DNA from: Planctomycetaceae bacterium
GTDB taxonomy: Bacteria; Planctomycetota; Planctomycetia; Planctomycetales; Planctomycetaceae
Direction of reading: 5' to 3'
Assembly: GCA_046075365.1 (NCBI GenBank)
Contig: JBJTPZ010000271.1
Location: 811-64,810, forward strand
DNA length: 64,000 nt
Shown here: positions 8,345 through 18,368 of the stretch, in pieces
How positions within the stretch are numbered: the stretch's first letter is position 1
How the letters are laid out: each line of letters opens with the position of its first letter
Notes under the pieces: generated by a model
Told to the model about the DNA's origin: nothing
Database searches by the model: none
What the model saw: the letters and a program-made list of their open reading frames with translations, nothing else
Translations under genes and position numbers: made by a program

Positions 8345-11300
8345 ATGTCCTCTGCCAGCTTCGTCGTTTCCCTCCAGCTCGTTCCTTCCAAAGCAGACAC
8401 AGCCATGCCGGGAATCCTGTTGAACTCATTCCTGTGTTCCATCGCTTCCCCTGCACGCCTTGCGACAGTCTTCTGCACCCTGCTTTCGGCGGCAGCGTTC
8501 GCGACCGCGCAGGATAACCGGATCCAGTTCAATCGAGACATCCGCCCGATTCTGGCTGCCAACTGCCTCGAATGCCACGGCTTCGACGCTCAAACTCGCA
8601 AGGCCGACCTCAGACTCGACACTGCTGCCGGGGCCTTCAGGGAACACGACGGCAGAGTCGCCGTACAGGCTGGAAAACCAGAACACAGCGAACTGATCCG
8701 GCGCATCGAGTCAAGCGACGCCGACATTCAGATGCCACCCCCGGAAACCGGCAAAAACCTGACCGCACAGCAAAAGGAAATGCTCAGGCGCTGGATTGAA
8801 CAGGGTGCCACATGGCAAAAGCACTGGGCCTTCGAAACACCGGTAAAACCACCACTCCCCTCTGTCACCCGAACGGGCTGGGTACGCAATCCGGCTGACG
8901 CCTTCATCCTGAATCGCCTTGAGCAGGTCGGGCTGCAGCCGCAGCCGGAGGCAGATCGGACCTCGTTGATTCGTCGCGTCGCATTCGTACTGACCGGTCT
9001 GCCACCATCCATCGCAGAGGTCGACAAATTCCTTGCCGATCAGTCTCCTGACGCGTACGAGCAGATGGTGGAAAGATATCTGCAGTCACCGCGTTATGGT
9101 GAAGAGCAGGCTCGTCACTGGCTCGACGTGGCCCGTTACGCTGATACGCACGGACTGCATCTTGACAACGAACGCGAGATGTGGGCGTGGCGGGACTGGG
9201 TGATCAGCGCCTATAACCGCAACCTGCCGTTCGATCAGTTTACCACGTGGCAGCTCGCCGGCGACCTGCTGCCAAACGCGACGCTTGAACAGAAAGTTGC
9301 CACCGGTTTCAATCGCTGCAACGTAACCACCAGCGAAGGTGGCGCCATCAACGAAGAATGGCTCTATCGCTATGCCGTCGATCGTACCAGCACCGCAATG
9401 CAGACATGGATGGGACTTACCGCCGGCTGCGCTGTCTGCCATGACCATAAATACGACCCCATCACGACTCGTGACTTCTACTCCATGTATGCCTTCTTCT
9501 ACTCAGCGGCAGACCCTGGTATGGACGGCAATATCAGCAGAACTCAGCCATTCCTGCGGGTACCCACTCCCGAAAAACAAAAGCTCACTGAAGCAGCCGG
9601 CGAACAGGTGCGACTGGCAGAAGAACAGCTCCTGACAGCTCTCAATAACGCTGCAGCCAACGGAATTCTCACCGATGAACCAGCTGATCCGAACGCCGAA
9701 CGCCTCATCAGCGACATGATTCTTGATGATTTGCTGCCAGCTGGCAGCAAATCCCGAAATACCTCCAGAAACGACGCTGTCTGGGTGCGTTCTGCCAAAA
9801 CCGGGGACCATACCGACGCCCGTTCTCTTGAGCTGGCCTACGGTTCAGAATACGACCTGACAATCGATCTGACGCTGATTCCGATTATGGTGCCGGAGGA
9901 AGGTGTCCTGACGGTCGATGTCTGGACCGATCCTCGACACCCCCCGCGCAGTCTCCGCATTCAATACGACGACGGACGCTCACGTCGGTCCGTCTGGACC
10001 AGCGAAACAGAAGTTTCCAGCGGCAAGCTCATGGGAAGCCTGCCGACTCCCGGCGGCTGGCATTCTCTGGAAATTCCCCTTCAGCAGGCCGGATCGACTC
10101 CCGGATCACGCATCAAATCACTCGTGCTTGGTCAGGATGGAGGCCGAGTGCGTGTAGACAGCGTGCGAATTTCCGGTCGTACCATCGCCGGGCGTGATCC
10201 GCGTTCGTCGTTTACTGCCTGGTGGGAACTGTCAAAAGGTACCAGCCCTGATGGGCTGCCGGCCGATCTGCAAAAACTTCTGACCGCAGGCCCGCAGGAC
10301 AATCCTGATGCTCAGAAGCTGCAGCAGTTAAAGCAGTTCTGGAGACGCATCGTACAGCGAGCCTCCGAATCTCCGGCAATGGCTCAGCGCACAGCTCTTG
10401 ATGCAGCGCTGGCACGCCAGGCCGGGATCCTCGACGATGTGCCGGGAACATTCATGTTCACCGATCTGCCACAGCCCCGCGAAGCATTTGTCATGGAACG
10501 CGGCCAGTACGACAGACGGGGCGCAAAGGTTGAACCGGGAGTGCCGGCTGAATTCCCGCCACTTCGCAATACCGATGGAAATCCCCTGGCAGGTCGCCGC
10601 GCCAGCCGCCTCGATCTGGCCAACTGGTTTACATCACCCGAAAACCCTTTGACCGCACGAGTCACCGTCAATCGTATCTGGCAGCAGGTCTTCGGCGGCG
10701 GACTTGTTCGCACCAGCGACGACTTCGGAACTCGCGGCGATCCACCATCACATCCGGAACTGCTGGACTGGCTGGCCACAGAATTCCGTGACTCAGGCTG
10801 GGATCAGAAACAGTTCTTCCGTCTGCTGCTCACGTCGGCTGCGTTTCGCCAGGCAGCGGTGGCCACCGAGTCCTCTTTACAGCTGGATTTTGACAACCGA
10901 CTGCTCTCACGCGGCTCGCGGTTCCGCCTCGATGCTGAACAGCTGCGTGACAATGTTCTGTTCGTCAGCGGCCTGCTCGACGCCACAATGGGTGGTCGCG
11001 GAGTGATGCCCTACCAGCCACCTGATATCTGGGAGCCTGTCGGCTATGAAAACAGCAATACCAGATTCTACATGCAGGAACATGGCAGTGCCCTTTATCG
11101 CCGCAGTGTCTACTGTTTCGTAAAGCGAACAGCACCGCCACCATTCATGACCAACTTTGATGCCCCCAATCGTGAACAGTTCTGCAGTCGCCGCGAGCGC
11201 AGTAACACACCGCTGCAGGCCCTGCAGCTCATGAATGACGTTCAGCACTTCGAGGCAGCACGGGTACTGGCACAGAGACTGCTGCAGTCCCCCGGCGATG

Positions 11301-11551
11301 AGGTAGCGAAGATCTCTCTGCTGCATCGCACAGTGCTGGCCAGAAACCCGGCAGAAGCAGAACTGCAAATACTCAGCCAGGCACTCGGGAAGCAGCGCCA
11401 ACACTACACCGCTCATCCGGAAAAAGCTGAACTCGTGATTCGAAACGGCGAATCGCCTGTTGCTGAACAATTGCCTGCTGTCGAACTGGCCGCATGGACT
11501 ATGCTCTGCAATCTGGTACTAAATCTTGACGAAACTGTCTGCCGCAACTGA
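8345..11551 (+). CDS. PSCyt1/DUF1549(PSCyt2)/DUF1553(PSD1) giant exported protein, paralog 1
   Basis: N-terminal CxxCH in RPILAANCLECHG. DUF1549 block (LIRRVAFVLTGLPPS, RYGEEQARHWLDVARYADTHG) ends in a second CxxCH (GCAVCHDHKYDP). DUF1553 block has VNRIWQQVFGGGLV and SHPELLDWLA. C-terminal tag LCNLVLNLDETVCRN. Alternative start at 8405 (MPGILLNS...). Confidence 0.9.
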   Translation: MSSASFVVSLQLVPSKADTAMPGILLNSFLCSIASPARLATVFCTLLSAAAFATAQDNRIQFNRDIRPILAANCLECHGFDAQTRKADLRLDTAAGAFREHDGRVAVQAGKPEHSELIRRIESSDADIQMPPPETGKNLTAQQKEMLRRWIEQGATWQKHWAFETPVKPPLPSVTRTGWVRNPADAFILNRLEQVGLQPQPEADRTSLIRRVAFVLTGLPPSIAEVDKFLADQSPDAYEQMVERYLQSPRYGEEQARHWLDVARYADTHGLHLDNEREMWAWRDWVISAYNRNLPFDQFTTWQLAGDLLPNATLEQKVATGFNRCNVTTSEGGAINEEWLYRYAVDRTSTAMQTWMGLTAGCAVCHDHKYDPITTRDFYSMYAFFYSAADPGMDGNISRTQPFLRVPTPEKQKLTEAAGEQVRLAEEQLLTALNNAAANGILTDEPADPNAERLISDMILDDLLPAGSKSRNTSRNDAVWVRSAKTGDHTDARSLELAYGSEYDLTIDLTLIPIMVPEEGVLTVDVWTDPRHPPRSLRIQYDDGRSRRSVWTSETEVSSGKLMGSLPTPGGWHSLEIPLQQAGSTPGSRIKSLVLGQDGGRVRVDSVRISGRTIAGRDPRSSFTAWWELSKGTSPDGLPADLQKLLTAGPQDNPDAQKLQQLKQFWRRIVQRASESPAMAQRTALDAALARQAGILDDVPGTFMFTDLPQPREAFVMERGQYDRRGAKVEPGVPAEFPPLRNTDGNPLAGRRASRLDLANWFTSPENPLTARVTVNRIWQQVFGGGLVRTSDDFGTRGDPPSHPELLDWLATEFRDSGWDQKQFFRLLLTSAAFRQAAVATESSLQLDFDNRLLSRGSRFRLDAEQLRDNVLFVSGLLDATMGGRGVMPYQPPDIWEPVGYENSNTRFYMQEHGSALYRRSVYCFVKRTAPPPFMTNFDAPNREQFCSRRERSNTPLQALQLMNDVQHFEAARVLAQRLLQSPGDEVAKISLLHRTVLARNPAEAELQILSQALGKQRQHYTAHPEKAELVIRNGESPVAEQLPAVELAAWTMLCNLVLNLDETVCRN

Positions 11552-11568
11552 ACTCAGAAAGCTGATTC

Positions 11569-13182
11569 ATGCATCGAATTTTTTGCCTGCTGACTGCCTT
11601 GCTTAGCTGGTTACAACTGTCTGCCACCTGTCAGGCTCAGACAACCGATTCTAAGCCAGTCGCACGACGCCCCAACATCGTGTTCATCTTCTGCGACGAC
11701 CTGACCTGTCAGGCAATCAGTGCCTACGGAGAAAGCCGACGCCTGCTGGACACGCCGAATATTGACAAACTGGCAACTCAGGGTGCGCGCTTTGATCGCT
11801 GCCTTGTCACCAATTCCATCTGCGGGCCCAGCCGAGCCACCATCCTGACCGGCAAGTATTCGCACAAAAATGGCTTCTACAACAACAGCAATTCCACCTT
11901 TGACAGTTCGCAGACAACCTTTCCCAAACTGCTGCAGGCTGCTGGCTATCAGACAGCGATGATTGGCAAGTGGCATCTGATCTCAGATCCCACCGGATTT
12001 GATCACTGGCAGGTTCTCCCCGGTCAGGGCCTGTACTACAACCCGCCAATGATTCGCAACGGCGAAAAGGTGAAAATGACAGGCTACACGACAGATCTGA
12101 TTGCTGATCTGTCAATGGACTGGCTGAAGCAGCGAGATCGCTCGAAACCATTCCTGCTGATGAGCCAGCATAAGGCTCCGCATCGCGAATGGGCACCGGC
12201 TCTCAGACATCTCGGCTGGGATAACGATCGCGTGTATCCAGAGCCTCCCACACTGTTCGATGATTTTGCCGGTCGCAGCCGAGCCGTAGCCGATCATGAC
12301 ATGGGTCTGGATCGAACGTTCACCGAACTTGATGCAAAATTGCGTCCATCACCCAACATGACTCCCGAACAACTGCAGGAATGGAATGCCTGGTACGGAC
12401 CGCGAAACGAAAAATTCCTCGCTGCCGGACTGCAGGGCAAGGAACTCGTCCGCTGGCGATACAACCGCTATATGCACGACTACCTCGCCTGTGTTAAAGC
12501 AGTCGATGAAAATGTCGGACGCCTGATGCAGGTACTGGAAGACGAGGGCGAAGCTGACAACACCGTTGTCGTGTTCTCCAGTGATCAGGGATTCTTTCTG
12601 GGCGAACATGGCTGGTTCGACAAACGCTGGATCTTTGAAGAATCACTCCGCACTCCCCTGATGGTGCGCTGGCCAGGTGTCGTAAAGCCGGGATCCGTTC
12701 AGAAGGAAATCGTTTCACTCGTAGACTTCGCTCAGACATTCCTCGAAATTGCCGGTCTGGAACAACCAGCCGATATGCAGGGACGAAGCCTGCTGCCGAT
12801 TCTGCAGGGCCGAACTCCGACCGACTGGAGAACCAGCCTGTACTATCACTACTACGAGTTCCCGGTTCCCCATCGGGTGCGGCCGCATGTAGGGGTCATC
12901 ACAGATCGCTATAAACTGGTGCATTACTACAAGCCCGACATCAACGAATGGGAATTGCTCGACCGACAGCAAAACCCCGAAGAGACAAAAAACTACTATT
13001 CAGATCCCGCTTATGCTGACGTCGTCGTTGAACTGCGTGCTGAACTGCAGCGTCTGCGAGAAGAAGTTGGCGACACAGCCGAAACTCCACGAACCGCCTA
13101 CGGTAACCAGCCGTTTGACGGAGAAGCCGAAAACCCGGCAAAGAAGCAGGGTGCAGAGAAAAAACGTGCTAAACTGCCGTGA
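11569..13182 (+). CDS. Formylglycine-dependent sulfatase (arylsulfatase / N-acetylglucosamine-6-sulfatase-like), secreted
   Basis: Signal peptide MHRIFCLLTALLSWLQLSATCQAQ, then PNIVFIFCDDL. Intact C-x-P-x-R motif in NSICGPSRATILTGKY. Also GKWHL and FSSDQGFFLGEHGWFDKR. Confidence 0.9.
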   Translation: MHRIFCLLTALLSWLQLSATCQAQTTDSKPVARRPNIVFIFCDDLTCQAISAYGESRRLLDTPNIDKLATQGARFDRCLVTNSICGPSRATILTGKYSHKNGFYNNSNSTFDSSQTTFPKLLQAAGYQTAMIGKWHLISDPTGFDHWQVLPGQGLYYNPPMIRNGEKVKMTGYTTDLIADLSMDWLKQRDRSKPFLLMSQHKAPHREWAPALRHLGWDNDRVYPEPPTLFDDFAGRSRAVADHDMGLDRTFTELDAKLRPSPNMTPEQLQEWNAWYGPRNEKFLAAGLQGKELVRWRYNRYMHDYLACVKAVDENVGRLMQVLEDEGEADNTVVVFSSDQGFFLGEHGWFDKRWIFEESLRTPLMVRWPGVVKPGSVQKEIVSLVDFAQTFLEIAGLEQPADMQGRSLLPILQGRTPTDWRTSLYYHYYEFPVPHRVRPHVGVITDRYKLVHYYKPDINEWELLDRQQNPEETKNYYSDPAYADVVVELRAELQRLREEVGDTAETPRTAYGNQPFDGEAENPAKKQGAEKKRAKLP

Positions 13183-13198
13183 TCTCCAGAGGTGCTGT

Positions 13199-16100
13199 AT
13201 GCCCATCGTCAGTCGCTGCGCGCTTGTCATTCTGGTCGTCCTGATCCAGCCGGTGACAGCACAGACCAAAACTGACTTCGAACTCGAAGTAGCTCCAATC
13301 CTGCTCAGCCGCTGCCTCGAATGTCACCAGACAGTCAACCCCTCTGGCGGCCTGTCGCTCCAGACGGAAACCAGTCAGCGTCAGGGCGGCGACAGCGGGC
13401 CGGCACTGCTGCCGGGAAATGCTGCCGGCAGCCTGATGATGATGCGCATCACGGCTGCCGAAATGCCCCCGCCGGCTAATGGTCATGAACGACCGCTGCC
13501 GGCATCAGAAGTGGCAGTGCTCAAACGCTGGATTGACGAAGGCGCTGCTGTCCCGACTGGACGAGTCCTCGATCTGTTTGAAAAAACACTCACCAGTCGC
13601 GGCGGTCGCGACTGGTGGTCACTGCAACCACTCCAGACACACCAGCCGCCTGACCCATCCTCTGTACCCTGGAATGAGTGGCAACAACATCCTGTCGATC
13701 GATTCCTGGCAGCCAGCCTGCAGCGGCAGCAACTGACTCCCGCACCTCGCGCAACTCCACGGGAACTGGTGCGCAGACTCAGCTGGGTCCTCACCGGACT
13801 GCCCCCGCAAACAACAGACCTGAACCTCGCAATCGCGACGGAAAAAGCAGGGCAGGGGAGTCTGACCACAGTTCAGTACGAACAGCTCACAGATCGCCTG
13901 CTCGCTTCACCCCACTATGGTGAGCGCTGGGCACGCCACTGGCTGGATGTCGTTCGGTACGCGGATACCAGCGGATATGAACGCGATCAGCCCAAGCCAT
14001 TCGCATGGAAGTATCGGGACTGGGTCGTTCAGGCGCTGAATGCTGATATGCCCTGGGGACAGTTCGTCCGGCTGCAACTGGCCGGAGATGAAGTGCCTGA
14101 CCGCAGCGAACAAACTGTGATCGCCACGGGATTCCTGAGACTGGGCACCTGGAACGATGAACCAAATGACCCCGCAGACTATGTCTATGAACGTCTGGAA
14201 GACCTGGTGCACACCACAACCTCAGCCTTTCTCGGACTGACCGTCAAATGTGCTCGCTGTCACGATCATAAGTTCGATCCGATACCACAAACTGATTACT
14301 ATCGATTTGCCGCAGCCTTCTGGCCAGGGCCACTGCAGCCCGGTGGTCGCACGCTGCTGGGCGGCCCGGATGCGGCCACACTGGGCTTCCCCGAGGTTCT
14401 CGGCTGGACAGACCTCACCAGGCAGCCCCAGCCACTGCATGTTCTGAAAAATGGTGAACGTCACAGACCGCTGCAGGCGGTCTCGCCCGGCCCCCTCAGT
14501 TGCCTGCCAGCCCCCGGAAGCGAAGGCTTTTCCATCGCAGATTCAGGCAACACAACAAAACTCAGACTGCAGCTTGCTGACTGGATCGCCAGCCCCCAGA
14601 ATGCACTGGCGGCTCGAGTCATCGTGAATCGGCTGTGGATGCATCATTTCGGAGAAGGGCTCGTACGCAGCACCAGCAACTTCGGCTTCACAGGCGACCG
14701 GCCCAGCCATCCCGAACTGCTCGACTGGCTTGCCGGCGAATTGGTGCGAAGCGGCGGCAGCCTGAAGCACATACATCGCCTGATCCTGACTTCCGCAGCC
14801 TGGCAGCAGTCCGCCCAGCACCCAAATGAACAGCACTGTAACTCCGTCGACGCCGCCAACAGATGGCTGTGGCGAGCCAACCGCAGACGGCATGATGCCG
14901 AATCCCTGCGCGACTCGTTTCTGGCAGCATCCGGCGAACTGGATCTGCGATTCGGAGGACCTGGATTCGTACCAACTCTCAGCACTGATGCCCTTGAAGG
15001 ATTGTCGAAAAAGGATGCTGCATGGACAGCATCACCCGCCGCCGACCAGCTGCGACGCAGTCTCTATATGTACCTGCAGCGCAGCCTGCAGCCACCGATG
15101 ATGACCACCTTTGACCAGTGCGACACAACAATTTCGTGCGGTCGCCGAGACACCTCAATTGTCGCCCCGCAGGCTCTCACACTCATGAACAATCAGTTCA
15201 TGCATCAAAGGGCTGCAACTCTGGCCTCTGCGTCACTGTCTTTCACACAGCCGGAAGACCGAGTCCGACACATCTGGCAGGCGATACTGCAGCGAGCACC
15301 TGACAATAATGAACTCCGCGACAGCCTCAGACACATCGAATCACAACACGTCCTGCTGGTCAGCAGTCTGCAGTCTGCCGCAGTCGCTGATCAGACCTCA
15401 AAGACGGCACGCATCAGTCCAGCAGTCACAGCCGCCTGCCGACAAATCGCAGCTCCTAAAGACTCCATTCCACAGTCCGCTGAATTACGACTGCTGCTGG
15501 ATGCTGCCGCAGGTATCCGCACAGCACCGGACGGTTCCCTTGAGCAGTGGATCAGTCGAGATCCTGCTCTCAGAACCGCAGATCAGCCTGATCCGCGTCG
15601 AACACCAAAGCTTGGCCGACTGCCGGGATCCGAACACCCGGCAGTCGAATTCAATGGACTCAACAGCTTCCTGCAGCTTGGCACTGGACTGCTGCTGCAG
15701 GACGAAGCAACAGTGTTTGCCGTAGTCACGGACCGCGGCACCTCGGGACATCGTGAATTGCTGTCCAACTGGAGCGGTCGTGATGGAAACTCCACTGATT
15801 CACTCTTCGTTGGACTCACCGGCGAACGAGCATTTCGATTCAGCGATGCCCTCTCAGGCACAGGCGAGCTTCAGCAGGGCAGCCGACCTTTTGTTCTGAC
15901 CGCTGTCAATGGTCCGACCGGAGCCAGTATCTTTCAAAATCTGCGTCAGGCAGTCTCACAGTCCCCCAGACTGCCCCCCAGACGCCTCGATACACCGTGG
16001 GTTATCGGGCAGCAGGGCAATATCGACGGCGAGTACTGGAATGGGCACCTCAGCCTGCTGATTGTCTTCGACCGCCAGCTCAATGCTGACGAGCTGCAGG

Positions 16101-16243
16101 CCGTCCAGACAACCATCGGTACTCGTTTTGAAATCCCGCTGCAGGCACAACCAGCAATGGAACCAGCCACTCCGGAACAACTGGCCCTCGCCTCACTGTG
16201 CCTCGTTCTGTTCAACACCAATGAATTCGCCTTCATCGACTGA
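13199..16243 (+). CDS. PSCyt1/DUF1549/DUF1553 exported protein, paralog 2, with a C-proximal LamG/ConA-like insert
   Basis: SRCLECHQ, HYGERWARHWLDVVRYADTSGYE, KCARCHDHKFDP, VNRLWMHHFGEGLV and SHPELLDWLA. A ~300-aa module (VEFNGLNSFLQLG...EYWNGHLSLLIVFDRQLNADEL) precedes the terminal tag LCLVLFNTNEFAFID. Start taken at ATG 13199 (MPIVSRCALVILVVLIQPVTAQ), 16 nt after the sulfatase stop. Confidence 0.9.
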   Translation: MPIVSRCALVILVVLIQPVTAQTKTDFELEVAPILLSRCLECHQTVNPSGGLSLQTETSQRQGGDSGPALLPGNAAGSLMMMRITAAEMPPPANGHERPLPASEVAVLKRWIDEGAAVPTGRVLDLFEKTLTSRGGRDWWSLQPLQTHQPPDPSSVPWNEWQQHPVDRFLAASLQRQQLTPAPRATPRELVRRLSWVLTGLPPQTTDLNLAIATEKAGQGSLTTVQYEQLTDRLLASPHYGERWARHWLDVVRYADTSGYERDQPKPFAWKYRDWVVQALNADMPWGQFVRLQLAGDEVPDRSEQTVIATGFLRLGTWNDEPNDPADYVYERLEDLVHTTTSAFLGLTVKCARCHDHKFDPIPQTDYYRFAAAFWPGPLQPGGRTLLGGPDAATLGFPEVLGWTDLTRQPQPLHVLKNGERHRPLQAVSPGPLSCLPAPGSEGFSIADSGNTTKLRLQLADWIASPQNALAARVIVNRLWMHHFGEGLVRSTSNFGFTGDRPSHPELLDWLAGELVRSGGSLKHIHRLILTSAAWQQSAQHPNEQHCNSVDAANRWLWRANRRRHDAESLRDSFLAASGELDLRFGGPGFVPTLSTDALEGLSKKDAAWTASPAADQLRRSLYMYLQRSLQPPMMTTFDQCDTTISCGRRDTSIVAPQALTLMNNQFMHQRAATLASASLSFTQPEDRVRHIWQAILQRAPDNNELRDSLRHIESQHVLLVSSLQSAAVADQTSKTARISPAVTAACRQIAAPKDSIPQSAELRLLLDAAAGIRTAPDGSLEQWISRDPALRTADQPDPRRTPKLGRLPGSEHPAVEFNGLNSFLQLGTGLLLQDEATVFAVVTDRGTSGHRELLSNWSGRDGNSTDSLFVGLTGERAFRFSDALSGTGELQQGSRPFVLTAVNGPTGASIFQNLRQAVSQSPRLPPRRLDTPWVIGQQGNIDGEYWNGHLSLLIVFDRQLNADELQAVQTTIGTRFEIPLQAQPAMEPATPEQLALASLCLVLFNTNEFAFID

Positions 16244-16264
16244 CAAAATCCCGGACGGACGAAA

Positions 16265-17074
16265 TCAACCCGGTGACGGCAAACTCAATGTGCTGCTGCT
16301 CAGCCGAAACAGTCGACGCGCATTTCCTGTTGTGATCGCTGCCATTTCCTCCAGTGATACGCCATGAATTTCCGCCAGACACGCACAGGTTTCCAGCACC
16401 CATGCCGGCTCATTGCGTTTCCCGCGATACTGCTGCGGTGCCAGATAGGGAGCATCCGTTTCAATCAGCAGCCGATCCAGCGGCACCGTCGCAGCCACTG
16501 ACCTCAGCAGGTCATTCCTGCGGTAGGTCAGCATGCCGCTGAAGGACAAAAACATTCCCAGCTGCAGACACTCATCCGCAGTCGCCTGACTGCCACAAAA
16601 AGAATGCATCACGCCCCGCAGCGATGCAGCCTCAGAAGCCTCCCGCAGGACCTCCAGTACTTCCGACTCAGCCTCGCGACAGTGCACCACAAAAGGTTTG
16701 TCACATCGGCGGGACAACTGAATATGACGACGAAACGAGTCATACTGGAGATCCAGCGGCACATCCTTCCAATAGTTGTCCAGACCTGTCTCTCCAATTC
16801 CCGCCACCCGTGGATGAAAGGCCAGCTCTTCAATCTTCTCCCAGTCACCCGGCCGCACTTCATGAGTATGGTTCGGATGAACACCCACCACAGCCGAGAT
16901 CCCCGGATGCCTGTTGGCCAGCAGCACCACAGCCTGACTGGTGGCCGCAGAAATACCGATCGCCAGCAACTGAACCACACCGGCTGAAGCCGCACGCCCC
17001 AGAACTTCCTCAAAATCCTGACGGAAGGAATCCGATTCAGGATGGCAGTGCGTGTCAATCAGAGCGATGGGCAT
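16265..17074 (-). CDS. tatD: TatD-family metal-dependent hydrolase / DNase
   Basis: MPIALIDTHCHPES start motif, VVGVHPNH, GEIGLD-type GIGETGLDNYW, FVVHCREA, MHSFCGS, LLIETDAPYLAP. Confidence 0.9.
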   Translation of the reverse strand: MPIALIDTHCHPESDSFRQDFEEVLGRAASAGVVQLLAIGISAATSQAVVLLANRHPGISAVVGVHPNHTHEVRPGDWEKIEELAFHPRVAGIGETGLDNYWKDVPLDLQYDSFRRHIQLSRRCDKPFVVHCREAESEVLEVLREASEAASLRGVMHSFCGSQATADECLQLGMFLSFSGMLTYRRNDLLRSVAATVPLDRLLIETDAPYLAPQQYRGKRNEPAWVLETCACLAEIHGVSLEEMAAITTGNARRLFRLSSSTLSLPSPG

Positions 17075-17105
17075 AAGGAATTCCCGGGCTTGAAGAACGG
17101 GGCAA

Positions 17106-18341
17106 TCAGTGCACGTCTGCAGCAATACGCTGCAGCAAAACGTCATCAACAATCGTCCCTTTGGGCAGCAGCTTCAACCTCTCCACAATCCGATTTACCG
17201 TTGCCTCATTATGGGGAATACCCAGCCCCTGCAGACGATGAGCAACCGCCCGCCGACCGCTGTGCCGCCCCAGCACCAGCCGAATGTCATCGCCCCCCAC
17301 AACTTCCGGACGAAATGGCAGATAAGTGTCCGGATTCTTTAACAGCCCGTCCTGATGTATCCCCGCCTCAGTCGCAAAAATATTGGCCCCGCCAACAGGC
17401 TTCATCAAAGGCAGAACAATACCGGTTAGCTCAGCCACCAGACGACACAGCGGGGCCAGCATTTGAGTATTCAGGCGGTGAGTACGGTCGTATTGTTCCC
17501 GATGCAGTGTCAGCGCCATCGCAACCTCCTCCAGCGACGCATTTCCAGCACGCTCACCGATTCCGTTCACCGTGCACTGCACAACATTCGCTCCTTCCGC
17601 AATACAGGCCAGCGTATTTGCCACCGCCAGGCCCAGATCGTTGTGAAAATGCACGGCCAGCAGCGCCCGATCCAAATCCGGTACCCCATCCTGAATCCGC
17701 CGTATGAAATCACGCGATTTTTCAGGAGTGAGCAAGCCGACTGTATCCGGAAAACCAATCGTTGTGGCACCCGCACCAATCGCCTCACTGTAACACTCAC
17801 ACAAAAAATCAGGCTCCGTTCGGCTGGCATCTTCAGGACTAAAGGCGACAATCCGAAACTTCTCTGCCGCATAACCGACAGTGTCGGAAATCAACTGCAG
17901 AATCTCACTCCGACTTCGCCCAAGCTTGTATGTTCGATGCAAAGGACTCGTTCCGCAGAACAGACTGACTCCCCGTTTGTGCACCGGATTTCCCTCCAGC
18001 GCACGTTCCGCAGCATCAATATCACTGCGCACCGTTCGACACAACGCTGTCAGTACCGGCCCCCGCACACGCCCTGTCATCAGACGGATCGCCTCCACGT
18101 CCGCCTCTGAGCTGGCCGGAAAACCGGCATCCAGCGAATGCACCCCAGCCTTTTCCAGTGCCAGAGCAATCCGCAGCTTCTCCTCGGGCTCAAGAGTCGC
18201 CCCAGGCATCTGCTCGCCATCACGCAGCGTGGTGTCACTAAACAGCACTACTCTGCTGCGGCGGTGACGCGCAATAATCGCCTCACGAATACGATCCTCA
18301 AGCCGCTGACGAATTGTCCGCTCTCTGCGATTTTCCGGCAC
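17106..18341 (-). CDS. LeuA/NifV-family (HMGL-like) 2-oxoacid-acetyl-CoA synthase, short form without the LeuA regulatory domain
   Basis: [42 protein letters not shown]. It is 411 aa, with a GTG start preceded by GGGAG. Substrate (isopropylmalate, citramalate or homocitrate) cannot be assigned from sequence alone. Confidence 0.8.
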   Translation of the reverse strand: MPENRRERTIRQRLEDRIREAIIARHRRSRVVLFSDTTLRDGEQMPGATLEPEEKLRIALALEKAGVHSLDAGFPASSEADVEAIRLMTGRVRGPVLTALCRTVRSDIDAAERALEGNPVHKRGVSLFCGTSPLHRTYKLGRSRSEILQLISDTVGYAAEKFRIVAFSPEDASRTEPDFLCECYSEAIGAGATTIGFPDTVGLLTPEKSRDFIRRIQDGVPDLDRALLAVHFHNDLGLAVANTLACIAEGANVVQCTVNGIGERAGNASLEEVAMALTLHREQYDRTHRLNTQMLAPLCRLVAELTGIVLPLMKPVGGANIFATEAGIHQDGLLKNPDTYLPFRPEVVGGDDIRLVLGRHSGRRAVAHRLQGLGIPHNEATVNRIVERLKLLPKGTIVDDVLLQRIAADVH

Positions 18342-18368
18342 AGCAAACTCCCTTCTCCCAGCCAGATC

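Noticed and set aside
13013-13198. N-terminal extensions of several track ORFs: 13013, 46898, 46351, 42949, 2569, 8245, 20072, 23244, 27482, 38980, 45071, 52691, 53177 and 54457.
   Set aside because: The extensions overlap the preceding gene or lack signal-peptide logic. Internal Met or GTG codons give canonical N-termini (signal peptides, Toprim start, [13 protein letters not shown]) and sometimes have SD-like sequences upstream.
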